Notes under the pieces: model-generated
The model's database searches: none
Told to the model about the DNA's origin: nothing
What the model saw: the letters and a program-made list of their open reading frames with translations, nothing else
Source: Amphiscolops sp. MND2022
Taxonomy: Eukaryota
Direction: 5' to 3'
Assembly: GCA_964187785.1 (NCBI GenBank)
Contig: OZ076409.1
Location: forward strand, 75,146,001-75,210,000
DNA: 64,000 bases
Part shown: one piece after another, positions 25,201-34,800 of the stretch
Layout of the letters: each line of letters starts with the position of its first letter
How positions within the stretch are numbered: the stretch's first letter is position 1
Made by a program: the position numbers and the translations under genes

Positions 25201-26284
25201 TGTCAAATTATCAGCTCAAGATGAAGAAAGTTCGACTGGTTCTTCCATTTGGCGTCAAGCATCTCCGCAAAATAGCAAATTCATAGATTACAACTCCATT
25301 ACTCCCAATAGTGTTTTATTATATAAAGGTGCACTTTTGAGGTTTACCGCAAACATTGCGAATATCCAAGCAAGACAAGGGCAACTATGTGTTACCCTAG
25401 AGACTCCAACTGAAATGACAAACACTTTAGACGTAATGATAGCACCTCCAGGCTGCAGAAAGGTAACAACTATCAATGAAATGCTCTTGGTCGCTTTCGG
25501 ATGGCGGAGAGTCACAATTACTAAGACGTACACACCTGTTCTTACCAACAAAACTTGTTTTCTGAGACGTTTTACATTCCCCATAAAAAACTACGTCGCT
25601 TCTACCATTCACAAGTGCCTGGGTGACACTTTTCCAAAAATTGTAACAAAGATTTCACTCACAGATCCCGATTATAAAATTTGGGAAAAGGAGCAGCTCT
25701 TGGTTCTTCTGAGTCGTGTCACTAAGTTAGACGAAATAACTTTCATTGGAAACAAAACAGATATAGAGACAACATTGTCCACAATAATCCAAAAAAAGAA
25801 CTGCTGGACGGATTTCATTGATAACTTCTTATCAAAACTAACAACAGACAATCAATTACCTGGGACATTGAATCTTCTCGCCAGCCATTTTTCACCTTGG
25901 AACATCATTTTGCCAGAAGATGAAGTCGGCTTTGTTTACTTGCTCATCAGTACAAAAATTGCAGGTGTATTTTTTATTGGCGAAACTGTTGGTTTGAGAA
26001 AATGTTTAAAAGCAATAAATAGTGGCTATGGTCCCGAGAAAACGCGACCCATCGAAAGAAGACCTTGGGGTTTGCTGGCCTTTGTGAGTGGCTTCACAAC
26101 AGGAAATTTACTAACAAATGCAAGACAAAGAAAGTTTCTTGAAGCAACCTTGATTTATGAAACATCCCTGCTCGGCCTCAATATTACAACAGAATCAATT
26201 TATCGTCTGTTTGAGAAAAGTGCCAAAAGCTTCGGAAAGATTAATCAACTACAGATGAGTGTAGTTCAATGTGGCCATGTATGA
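19235..26284 (+). CDS. Helitron-like RepHel protein: Cys-rich N-terminus, HUH (Y2) Rep endonuclease, PIF1-like SF1 helicase, C-terminal GIY-YIG-like domain
   Basis: Single 2349-aa ORF. Rep motif I TFFLTLTCN (~22358), motif II YRFEFQSTKGNLPHIHAVIW (HIH at 22625-22633), motif III YIAKY (23138-23152). Helicase motifs GRPGSGKT (24503), IDEVGQ (~24758), GDPKQLKP, TIHKCLG and LLSRV. C-terminal GFVYLLIS..FFIGET..NSG..RPW..VSGF. The real start may be the ATG at 19265, just after an acceptor-like TTTTCCAG ending at 19260. Confidence 0.92.
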   Translation: MLTSLLFSRVMAPNRRRGRPRGSNNRNSCVQCRVFISRSETLCGGCALQQETQEIDVASDVPDNESARSLQLIVPVMCSLCQENEVSADSLCPLCCPITLPNITSAECQKCRRIPPTELNTIRIQEIKRTTFGCFVTGRPDETVNICNECVLYSIHSQRPTWAAAWPSVILDFLTGKYNGSVNCKPFHKVLPRSIMQQYQHLLPQSTSGSEATVFDDLTSKLNDFNVLREGLSIEGVREAHNKYCFPEVRCPFGCTEFVGETGLVPFQYFLQKLDTRFKFNSINWKHQLRCVRPDWLLQYIHNADFIIKPHLYFDSVKGLCISTCRFHNGGSSKQYVQPPANPTGRLPSKFPDRLGPATITYNCYKPAKPNFSTHTYSMGIAKGNFGGISSTTISCKRRWDVAFGPDDVARESLCSNMRKDIKPHLQKLVQRRELSQELFDSITSCNTVLSPQSITNCLQNTTSVSFQPSLAVKEIQEKGVQIAYFPLFAHPYDDYGCHPSDTAINNTQQLHLWCFVIMFSLSSTFHLKFNQSTSNEEPLLKKLFSLVLCFKNKVVDTKRKQEIDSCLQNLSDDMNIDFVQKLSSLLNTISCCKNNDVNDRQNVETILMSSNNDDIVSFVNSNERSNPDVFLPDRVITQDREATYELRSITLLEGTIARTVVRHGHHFGCWWIYTSNSKVPVKVDVNDTATMAKFHSAWNSCHYEIIDSEKIRESKYQYLEHLGGQGKFICEDHQCPLTVVNRKLSIMCSFIERCPRKAAWLCPVTDCRSSVCQKHFKTEILSDERIFIRATTAETNSQSSTSNITLELNQPADDHSDVSDPESETDEFSFVNFATDSGPVNDDDGLHNTDSGDAPTVCDTFDKSIPTHVLLNSDCHVLQRHSHRNERSKNNTRFLQNIVASSVGESVPLLYPDAALFPTHFFHEQKDRTITGALPAPLYNQTQSKLFNFADIEEHKKTALLNPNLLQSTDIRSLQTSFDAVFNKNLSFTDTRIVLNRGFQEVSEKKQKSISPDNTRLQFDSADSRVRVNELAALLSEEPATFFLTLTCNQKEHFGVAPLFEALERNFNRNNKEEWEKAVQAEIVLFTRAWYRSANAIMEYIEKSPEKPLGTVTKLWYRFEFQSTKGNLPHIHAVIWTKENHDELQHKVSCSGSSALFELHKIAAETNMIPIEEVSDIWHLLMSVQTHSCEKANYRCHKVIKNDGSSLCRVPRYPHSNKYSWRKVPSYHSDEALEKLHHLDLAVPSRSRDHTYDVCSILQGGKYEYPASSDEHLSPFNVLLFVLTKSSQNLQLCDDYLSARYIAKYAAGIEERADARVDPVTFRDINVHTKGIRNIKLAGVKQQNKVTDKKTLVQIIPLVESIWWLLGFNYVYSSVKFIHLSTHEKTERSTVLKNRPTAQPSASLPLHIVKNATLPPFRQYTQSQLLLFRDYQSSDYASCKISIFCGRPPPLLFVDNPRLYFTWFARCHVKKPELKITTDVNTSFWIDLFGNAVYLRKNYLNDFNEYLQRVTSEGHPSLYKFNADTSMIMLQNDRSGLKTIDDSLVQVVTSNILPSNPFKFLVHFVLSYGHFETETELFNQSNFLEVLQHSKLLPQRDAYSDQDAYTLIRKYVLSELKFLPGASRSFDRHLIASYDLFTNLVLSRDIQNFTPPLVLHRAISEEEEVKYQLFNYEKRKRCVQGSLLNNALTPLTCYQDQIVNATRQNPFQYTCNFPRAVGQSDESLEFQKRVFNNCLIKLEEFINGSQGFVKHQSFLGRPGSGKTLVCTMLFMRAIAKGLNGSITCLSGERAQQLGGEHVHKMFKFRVNRSKVPEHMASQSINALLRDVTRFTDLERLEVLFIDEVGQLNSELLCAMEMVLQHVRDNKLPMGGVFTIMSGDPKQLKPPDGSLVWLSPKLLTNYDFHYFRHYVRAIPGLLREVLTRLDETDISESEATEIAERITSACVIKSSWSDETDTFAMRVFSTRAAEQQAVLLHSQKITNDVNCTCVKLSAQDEESSTGSSIWRQASPQNSKFIDYNSITPNSVLLYKGALLRFTANIANIQARQGQLCVTLETPTEMTNTLDVMIAPPGCRKVTTINEMLLVAFGWRRVTITKTYTPVLTNKTCFLRRFTFPIKNYVASTIHKCLGDTFPKIVTKISLTDPDYKIWEKEQLLVLLSRVTKLDEITFIGNKTDIETTLSTIIQKKNCWTDFIDNFLSKLTTDNQLPGTLNLLASHFSPWNIILPEDEVGFVYLLISTKIAGVFFIGETVGLRKCLKAINSGYGPEKTRPIERRPWGLLAFVSGFTTGNLLTNARQRKFLEATLIYETSLLGLNITTESIYRLFEKSAKSFGKINQLQMSVVQCGHV

Positions 26285-26977
26285 GTGAATCTTTCCAACT
26301 TTATTACAACACACTATGAACTAATGACTGTATACTATATGTTAAAGACTTAGGAGTTTGCCGGGATTACGCAGTGATCCCAAGGCAAACTCTACTTGAA
26401 ATTTTAAAATGTTAATTGTTGCATCATCATTATATAACGTTTGTTGAGCCTATCTTTGCCATTGCCATTGTCATAATATTCTGCTTTGTAAATTATATTA
26501 TTAACCTGTCAACCTTTGCTATGAATTGAAATACAAAAAAAATGGAATTCCAAATTCATCAAATCCGATTGGAATCCACATAAAGAAAATGATCGAAATG
26601 AGAGAGTAAAATATTGCACTTCAAACTTTTTTCAACAATCCAACAAGAAAGCATGAGAGAGAAAGAACCTTTTGATGAAATACATGTCTAAATAAATGAA
26701 ACTCTTTTTAGCCATGGTTTTTCTCTTACACGTGTGTATATATCTGGAAATTTAAAGGGAAATAACAAAAAAAATAAGGTTGTGGACATTTATTTCATGA
26801 CAAAAGTTTTTTGATTTAGAAAAAGCGTGCATAGTTTTGATTTATCCGTGCAGATGATACGTATGACGAAAGATTATATGTTCGAGTTAAACATACAAGC
26901 ATAACCGGATTCATCAGATAACAAACTAACCATTTTTTTAAATTTTTCAGATCTTCTGATCCATCTAACTCTGCAAG

Positions 26978-27904
26978 ATGCCAATTATCAATAAAAACTT
27001 GTCCCTGGCGGAAGCAGCTGCGAGAACAACCGGAAAGTTGACAGCAATTGATTTAGATGACATCCAAGAAGGAGCTAACACTGATCGGCGATATTTACTG
27101 TGTACAATTTTGCATGCCAAAAAGTGTTCGAAAGCTGTAACATTTTTCAAGATGACACATGGTCAGAAAAACAAGCAAGAAACGACTTTCAACCGATTCG
27201 TTCTACTTGGAGTTCTTGGAAAAGACAAAGTAGTGGCTGTCTTCACGTACACTCAAGTGGAGAGTGTTGAATTGCTTAGATTTTGCAGCAATTTAACTCC
27301 TGGAAGTGCGTGCGCCATGATACGGCCAAAATTTGATCACAAGTTTATGGGTTCAGTCTCAACGACCCCTATACTAAACACAGCTGAACCTCTGGTACCG
27401 CTGATAATGAAGACTTACCCCCCTGTCGCTTGCCCCCTCAACGTTTCAACCCCTGATTTTCTTCATTTCAACATTGTAACTAAATCATTGGTGTTGTCAA
27501 ACGTGGACGCTGTGTCTCTAGTTTGTAACGGCTTGTTCTGTGACGGCCAACCGAAAACCGAATGCCCCTGCTTGGAAGTCGACAATAGGAAGTCAAGCTG
27601 GGCTTTAACTGCAGACGTTGCTTGCCAAGAAATTTGTCACAGAGCGAAAATACGATCCAAAAATTTGATAACACTCTTCGCACCAAAATGTAAATCAGCG
27701 GATCCCGACAAATCTGATTTCGATGTGCTCACACTGTCTGACTGCGTCGATAATTGTGTGACTAAAGTCAATTCTGCTAACGGATGGCTTCTTTTTGGGT
27801 GGATGAAACCTACAGAAACATCTTTGGAGGCGACTAACTATGACTTGGAAGTCCACATAGTCTCGATTCGACCCTTTGTAGAAAGCGACGTAGATGAAGG
27901 TTAG
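26978..27904 (+). CDS. Second element-borne gene of unknown function with a Cys cluster (CNGLFCDGQPKTECPC); probably exon 1 of a spliced gene
   Basis: 308-aa ATG-initiated ORF with coding-like composition between AT-rich flanks. It is preceded by CTAAC, a pyrimidine tract and TTTTTCAG (ending 26950). A donor-like GAAG|GTTAGA lies at 27899/27900. Confidence 0.8.
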   Translation: MPIINKNLSLAEAAARTTGKLTAIDLDDIQEGANTDRRYLLCTILHAKKCSKAVTFFKMTHGQKNKQETTFNRFVLLGVLGKDKVVAVFTYTQVESVELLRFCSNLTPGSACAMIRPKFDHKFMGSVSTTPILNTAEPLVPLIMKTYPPVACPLNVSTPDFLHFNIVTKSLVLSNVDAVSLVCNGLFCDGQPKTECPCLEVDNRKSSWALTADVACQEICHRAKIRSKNLITLFAPKCKSADPDKSDFDVLTLSDCVDNCVTKVNSANGWLLFGWMKPTETSLEATNYDLEVHIVSIRPFVESDVDEG

Positions 27905-28034
27905 AAATATAAAAAATTTCCACTTTTACACAAACTGCCATGTTTGGACAAAAAATTTTTACAATGAAATAATTCTGGCTAATACTTTATAAGCATAAAT
28001 ATATAACTTTCTAATTTAACTAAATTGTTTGCAG

Positions 28035-28174
28035 AAGCATACAAACTTCTCCAATACGTGTTGCCGCAGCAACCAACCCCGGAGTTTGCTGGAGTTAGCG
28101 ACAATAATCAAAACGCTACAACATCATCAGATACTACATCAGCAAATGAATCCACTGGGACTGGCAGTGGTTGA
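28035..28174 (+). CDS. Probable terminal exon of the second gene
   Basis: An AT-rich 135-nt GT..AG intron (27900-28034, ending CTAAATTGTTTGCAG) would join in frame to EAYKLLQYVLPQQPTPEFAGVSDNNQNATTSSDTTSANESTGTGSG-stop, giving about 353 aa in total. Confidence 0.55.
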
Positions 28175-28801
28175 AAACTTCACAATTAATCAACAAATGA
28201 CAGAGCTGCATCAGTACATATGTTTGTCGTAGAGTTACTTATTCACTTCCAATCAAAAAATCAACGTTTATTTGCTGATATCAAATTGAACTAAATATAA
28301 ATACTGATTGAAAATAAGTTTGTTGAAATGATAATGTTATGTTGATTTAGTACACTTGTCTTGCCAAAAGTCGTGTTAGTTGATGTTAATGGTCTCTTGC
28401 TTAATTTTTCTCATCGTATTATATAGACTGTGACATTATTTTGGTTTTTTTTGAACGTCTTGCAATTAATATTTCTGTTCTTTAACGTTTTTTCTTAGAA
28501 TTTCTTCAATAATCAAAAATCCTCAATTTAGCATTGATTAGAAAAGGTTAGTGAGTCGAAAAAGTAAGCAGTTATTAGTTTTCGCAAGTTAATTTAAAAG
28601 CCTTCAGTAATCTTTTTGCGTATTATCATATCAATCTTTGAGACTTATCAAACTTTTTAAACGTTAACCTGATAAGATTGTCTTTTTCTGAAACTGACTC
28701 ACACATACCGACACGACGCCCACCGTCCGTAGGCATGCCGAGGCATGCCTTTCGACGACGTATGCCAAATACCTTAAAACCGACGCGCACTCTCCCGCTA
28801 G

Positions 28802-31800
28802 GTGCCCGGCCCCATAGGCCACATAAGCTTCGAGGGCGGGGTAGGGCCCCCTGCCCGAGCCTAGTAAAAACAACGTAAGGCGATTATAACAGTGAGGTAT
28901 CGATTTTCTAAACGAGCCTTACGATTTGGCTGAAATTTTGCATACGGCTTCCTATAACAATCCTAAGAACTAATCCCTACTGGCAATTTGCCCGGAAAAA
29001 TCAAAAAGTGGGTCAAAATCTTAGTTTTTTGGTCGAAAAATGGCGTTTTTTCGAAAATTTTTTTTTCAAGAGCCCATATCTCGCCCCCAGGTGCTCGGAG
29101 CGGGTCGCACGTGGACGTTGATATTGCTAGGCACTTCGTAAGGAGTCCGTAGACAAATTTTCGTACAGATCGGATAAAAATTGACTGAGTAATAGCCGCA
29201 AATCCGACGAATTTTTCAGAAAATTCTGGTACATCTAGTCTATCTCTGCCGTTTTTTGCCCAGATTTTTTTCCAGGACCTCTCCTAAAGGCCTCCCCTGG
29301 CCGGTTTACGTCCCAGAAAAACCATTTGGCCCTTTTGCCGCAGTTTCAGCGTTCCAGGATTCCCCGGGTAAAAGTAAAATGACTTAGAATTTTTTCGAAA
29401 AATTTTCAAATTTTTTTTTTCAACTTCAGGCCTCCCAAAGTCAAGAAACGTTCACACAACTAGTATTGCAAGTGAATGCATGTGGAAAGTGCTCGAATAG
29501 ACGAGAAAAATGAGCTATTATAAACCTCTGTAGCTCAACCTGACGTTGACTTATGATAATTTTAGTGTGAGCTTGCTATGTGAGAAAAAATTTCAAAAAT
29601 TGAAAATCGAGCTAAGTCTCATCCAAAACTCATCGGAATACGTTCAATCCACCCTAAAGCGGTTTAATTCCAGTTACTAAGTGCAGCAACACCATTCAAG
29701 GTCATTTAACCCATATTTATAATTTTTGACACCGTCTTATCCATTTGAAAGTTCGAAACAGTTGAGTACATTCCATCTCCCCTACGTGGGAGATGGTAAT
29801 GTACTCGCAAAAAGCCAAGGTCCTAGCGCCCTATTCTATCCGGCGTTGCATCAGAAATGCAGTAGCATGAGCTCCAGGTTGTTTGCAGTAGCCTTTACGT
29901 ATGTTGTGACTATGTATTACAATTCTAACTCTGTTACTAAACATGAAAAAATTGTTTCAATCCCAAAAATTTTCATTTCAACTTTAGTATGTCACCAATA
30001 AACATATATCCATCTTTCCTACTACAACCACCCTACCACCCGGCCCCTTGTCCACTGTTCAACCGTGCACGTCTAGGTGCCCGGATTTCTATTCATTAAA
30101 GTATGTTGCGCGTGTGGGTAGGGCCCCGTGGCGCGCTCTTGTGTCCCTGTTCTAAAATCTATAATTTCCGGCAGCATTCTGAGCGATTTTCTAAACTATC
30201 CATACGATTCGGCTGAAATTTGGCACACGTACTCCCCTCGGCACGGTGAAGATGATTTCCTACTGACGTTTTTCCCGCAAAATTTTTTTTGTTGTCCAAA
30301 ATAACGGTTTTTGGGGTAAAATTTTGAACTTTTTTTAAATTTTATCTTATATCTCGCCACGGGTTTACGCTAGCGCTTCAAAACCCTGCTAAAGAAAGCT
30401 AGCAAACTGTCTCAGGAATGCGGTGTGAAATTTTCAGCTCAATCGGACTCAAACTCAGGGAGATATAGCGTTTTTCCGGAGCGGGGGGGTTTCATTTTTC
30501 TAACGGTCCAGCTTATCTTAGCCATTTTTTCGAAAATGCACTCGCCTAAAGGCCTCCCCTGGCCGGTTTTATTCCCAGCAAAACCATTTGGCCCTAAATA
30601 CGGAGTTTCAGCGTTCCAGCAATCCCGGGCGAAAAGTTGTGGGACTTAGAAAATTTCAAAAATTTTCAAAAATTTTTTTTTCCGTTTTCCGCCCTCCCCC
30701 CCTAGGGGAAAAGACCCCCCAACCAGTAATTTGAGTGAATTCATGTGGAAAGGCCATGTTTAGAGGAGAAAAATACCGTTTAAATTGTCTTTTTATCTTT
30801 ATTCAACGTTGACTTATGACGTTTTGAAGGTGATGTTTGGACGTGTGAAGCAAGTGAATAGTAAACGTTATGAGTATTTATCTGATCTGAAAGCCATTGA
30901 GATGCAATATGGTTTGCTCAAAACGTAATTCATTGCAGTTTGGCAATCAATCAACACCCTTTGTTGTCATTTGACATCTTTTTTTGTTGATATAAGAAAA
31001 AATTTCGTGTATTTATTCATTTTTTTCTCATCAAATAACTTGAAACAGTTGAGTACATTCCATCCCCCCTTCACGGGGGAGATGAGAATGTACTCGCAAA
31101 AAGCCCCGAACTACGGCCCTTACCTTCCTGAGCTACGCAGTATAAAGATTGCATTTTGGTTCCGACATTTTGATAGAGTTATTTCTTGGTAGTCTGTCTG
31201 GGTATGCAGAAAAACCAGCACGTGCTTTTTTATACCAAGTTGCTCACAACGACATTTATTTTATATCAACGCCCCCATATTTATCAACGCCCCCCGTCCG
31301 TGGGCATGCCGAGGCATGCCCTTCGACGACGTATACCAAAATATGTTCGAGCGCGTTAGCCTAGGTGCCGGGATTTCTATTCGATAAAGTAAGTTGCGCG
31401 ATTGGGTAGGGCCCCGTGAGCGCGCCCGTGTCTGTGTTTTTTGAACCTGAATTTGCGGGTGCCAAAATAGATGATCTCCTAAACTATCCATACGATTTGG
31501 CTCAAATTTGGCATACGGGTTCCTGAGACAGATATAAGAACTAATTCCTACTGGCGTTTTGCCCGGAAAATTTTTTTTGTTGCGCAAACTTGAAATTTTT
31601 GACAAAAAAATGCGATTTTTTTTGAAAAATTTTTTTTGAGATGCCATATCTTTTTTCAGGGTGCCCGGAGCGGGACGCGTTAAACTGATTATAAACTCTA
31701 CGGTTCATGGGCTGTACGGGGAATTTATTTTTGTTGGAATCCGACTTGTAGATTTTGAGATATATTATCAAATTTGGGTGTTTTTTTTCCAATTTTTCGA

Positions 31801-34800
31801 AAAACCTGGTTTATCTCTGCCGTTTTTTGCCCAGATTTTTTTCTAGACCCTCTCCTAAAGGCCTCCCCTGGCCGGATTACGTCCCAGCAAAACCATTTGG
31901 CCCTAAATACGAAGTTTCAGCGTTCTAGCATTCTCGGGCGAAAAGTTGTGGGACTTAGAAAATTTTTTTTTAAAACGCAAAATGTGTAAAGTCAATTTCA
32001 GGCCTCCCAAAGTCAAGGAACTTCCACACAACTAGGATTGCAAGTGGATGCATGTGGAAAGTGCTTGAATAGGCGAGGAAAATGAGTTATTATAAAACTC
32101 TGCAGCTAAACCTGATGTTGACTTATGACAATTTTAGTGTGAGCTTGCTGTGTGAAAAAAAAATTCAAAAATTGAAAATCGAAGCTAAGTCTCATCCAAA
32201 ACTCATCGGAATACGTTCAATCCATTCCAAAGCGGTTTACTTCCAGCTATAGACTGCAGCAACACTATTCAAGACCATTGTACCCCTTTATATTAGTTTT
32301 GACATTGTATTATTCATCCGAGAGCACAAAGCAGTTGAGTACATTCCATCTCCTTTTCGGGGGAGATGAGAATGTACTCGCTAAAGAACAGGTACTACAG
32401 CCAATTTTTGTATTTATGCGAAGCCATTCTATGCTATTGCACATAACAACTATGCTAGTGACTTAATTTTGCCTACACTTTGCTATGACATATGCTAAAC
32501 GTTTGGTCCTTACAACAACATACACATGACTAACGTCAACACCACATACTGTTACCAACGCCCACCGTCCGTGGGCATGCCGAGGCATGCCCTTCGACGA
32601 CGTATGCCAAATACCTTCCAGCGACGCTCGCGCTCCCCGGCTAGGTGCCGGTGTTTTTTTACACAAAGGGGGATGTTGCGCGTGTGGGGAGGGTCCCTGA
32701 CGCGCTCCCGGGATTTCGGATTTTTTAACCTTTACGTACCCATCAAAAATTTTGGGATCTCGAAAACTAGCCGTACGATTTGGCTGAAATTTGGCACACG
32801 TACCCCCCTCGGCACGGTGAAGATGATTCCCTACTGACGTTTTGCTCGCTAAACATTTTTTGTTGACCAAAATAACGGTTTTTGGGGTAAAATTTTCAAC
32901 TTTTTTTAAATTTCATCTTATATCTCGCCACGGGTACACGCTAGCGCTTCCAAACCTTGCTGACGAAAGTTTGCAAACTGTCTCAGAAATGCTGTGTGAA
33001 ATTTTCAGCTCAATCGGACTTAAACTCGAGGAGATATAGCGTTTTTCTGGAGCGGGGGGGTTTCATTTTTCTAACGGTCCAGCTTATCTTTGCCATTTTT
33101 TCGAAAATGCACTCGCCTAAAGGCCTCCCCTGGCCGGTTTTCTTCCCAACAAAACCATTTGGCCCTAAATACGGAGTTTCAGCGTTCCAGCATTTCCGGG
33201 CGAAAAGATGTGGGACTTAGAAAAGTTCAAAAATTTTCAAAAAAAATTTTTCCGTTATTTGGGCCCCCAAAGTGGGGGAAAAGACCCCCCAACCAGTAAA
33301 GCAAGTGAATGCATGTGGAAAGCCCTTGCTTAGACGAGAAAAATGCCGTTTAGAACGTCTTTTTATCTTAACTTGACATTGACTTTTGTCGTTTTGAAGG
33401 TGACCGTTAGATACGGAAAATTGATGTTTTGAGTATTTATCCCATCTGAAAGCCATTGAGATACAACATGTTTTGCTCAAAACGTGTTTCATTGCAGTTT
33501 CGCTGTCCATTATCACCCTTTGGTGTCTTTTCACGTAATTTTCGTTTCTATAATAACAATTTTTTTGTGTATTTATTCATTTTTTTCTCATCAAACAACT
33601 TGAAACAGTTGAGTACATTCCATCTCCCTTCCCGGGGGAGATGAGAATGTACTCGCTAAAGATCAGGAACTACGGTCTATATCTTCCACAACACAAAAGG
33701 GATTGCAAATGGTTTCAGTTTGTCGCAGAAAACTTCTTTTTGCCCTCTGTGACTCGACAAAATGAACGTTTCTTACTTACTTTGAAACTCAGCATACCAC
33801 AACTCATCTCTAACGTCAGCGCCCCCCTACTTGCATCAACGCCCACCGTCCGTGGGCATGCCGAGGCATGCCCTTCGACGACGTATACCAAGATATACCT
33901 GGAGCGCGGTAGCCGCTAGGTGGCCGTGTCTTTTCGACGTGCTTTTGCATTGAGGAGTGGGTAGGGCCCCGCGACGACCTAGAAGAATTGGATGCTCACC
34001 GAAACGTGCAGAATTCTACGAGATCTCATAGTTTGAGCCATACGATTTTTCTGAAATTTGGCATGTGGCCTGGAATTGGTGAGTAGGTAAAACGTGTAGA
34101 AGGTAATTTTTCCCAAATTCCACTGTGAGAGGAGATATGGGCAAATAACGGACCCAAAAATGGGGAAAATGCACATTTTTCAACTTTGTCAGCCAATATC
34201 TCTTTTCCAGGTGCCCGTAGCGTTCCGCACGTGGACATCAATATTGCTCAGCGCTGTTGGAGGAGTGCGTGGACAAATTTTGGTTTAAATCGGACTAAAA
34301 CTTGACGAGAAATTAACGGTTTTTTGGGCGTTTCCGGGGTAAATTTTTTAACGGTCCAGCTTATCTTTGCCATTTTTTCGAAAATGTACATGCCTAAAGG
34401 CCTCCCCCTGGCCGAATTTACTCCCAGCAAACCCATTTGGCCCTAAATACGGAGTTTCAGCGTTCCAGCATTCCGGGGCGGAAAGTTGTGGGACTTGGAA
34501 AAATTTCAAAATTTTTTCAAAAAATTTTTTTCCCGTTTTCCGGGACCCCAATGAAGAGGAACGACCCCCCCGACCAGTATTTTGAGTGAATTCATGTGGA
34601 ACGCCCATGTTTGGAGGAGAAAAATGCCCTTTAGCACATCTTTTTATCTTAACTTGACATTGACTTATGACGTTTTGAATGTGATGTTAGGATATATGAA
34701 GCATGTTAAAAGTTGAAGTTTTGAGTCTTTATCTCATCGGAAAACCATTGAGATACAAGCAGTTTTGCTAAAAACGATTTTCATTGTAGGTTAGCAGAGT

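Larger units (their letters stand above)
16576..28801 (+). mobile_element. Putative autonomous Helitron-like rolling-circle transposon, 12,226 bp
   Basis: It is bounded by the same CTAG|GTG junctions as the short units. The first ~790 bp (to ~17368) are homologous to unit heads and core, and the last ~85 bp carry the terminal hairpin (28731-28750) and CTAG (28798-28801). It contains an uninterrupted Rep-helicase ORF in the orientation expected if hairpin plus CTAG marks the 3' end. Confidence 0.88.

Noticed and set aside
19514..25612. Short ORFs overlapping RepHel on either strand
   Set aside because: They are shadow frames of the long CDS with no independent evidence.
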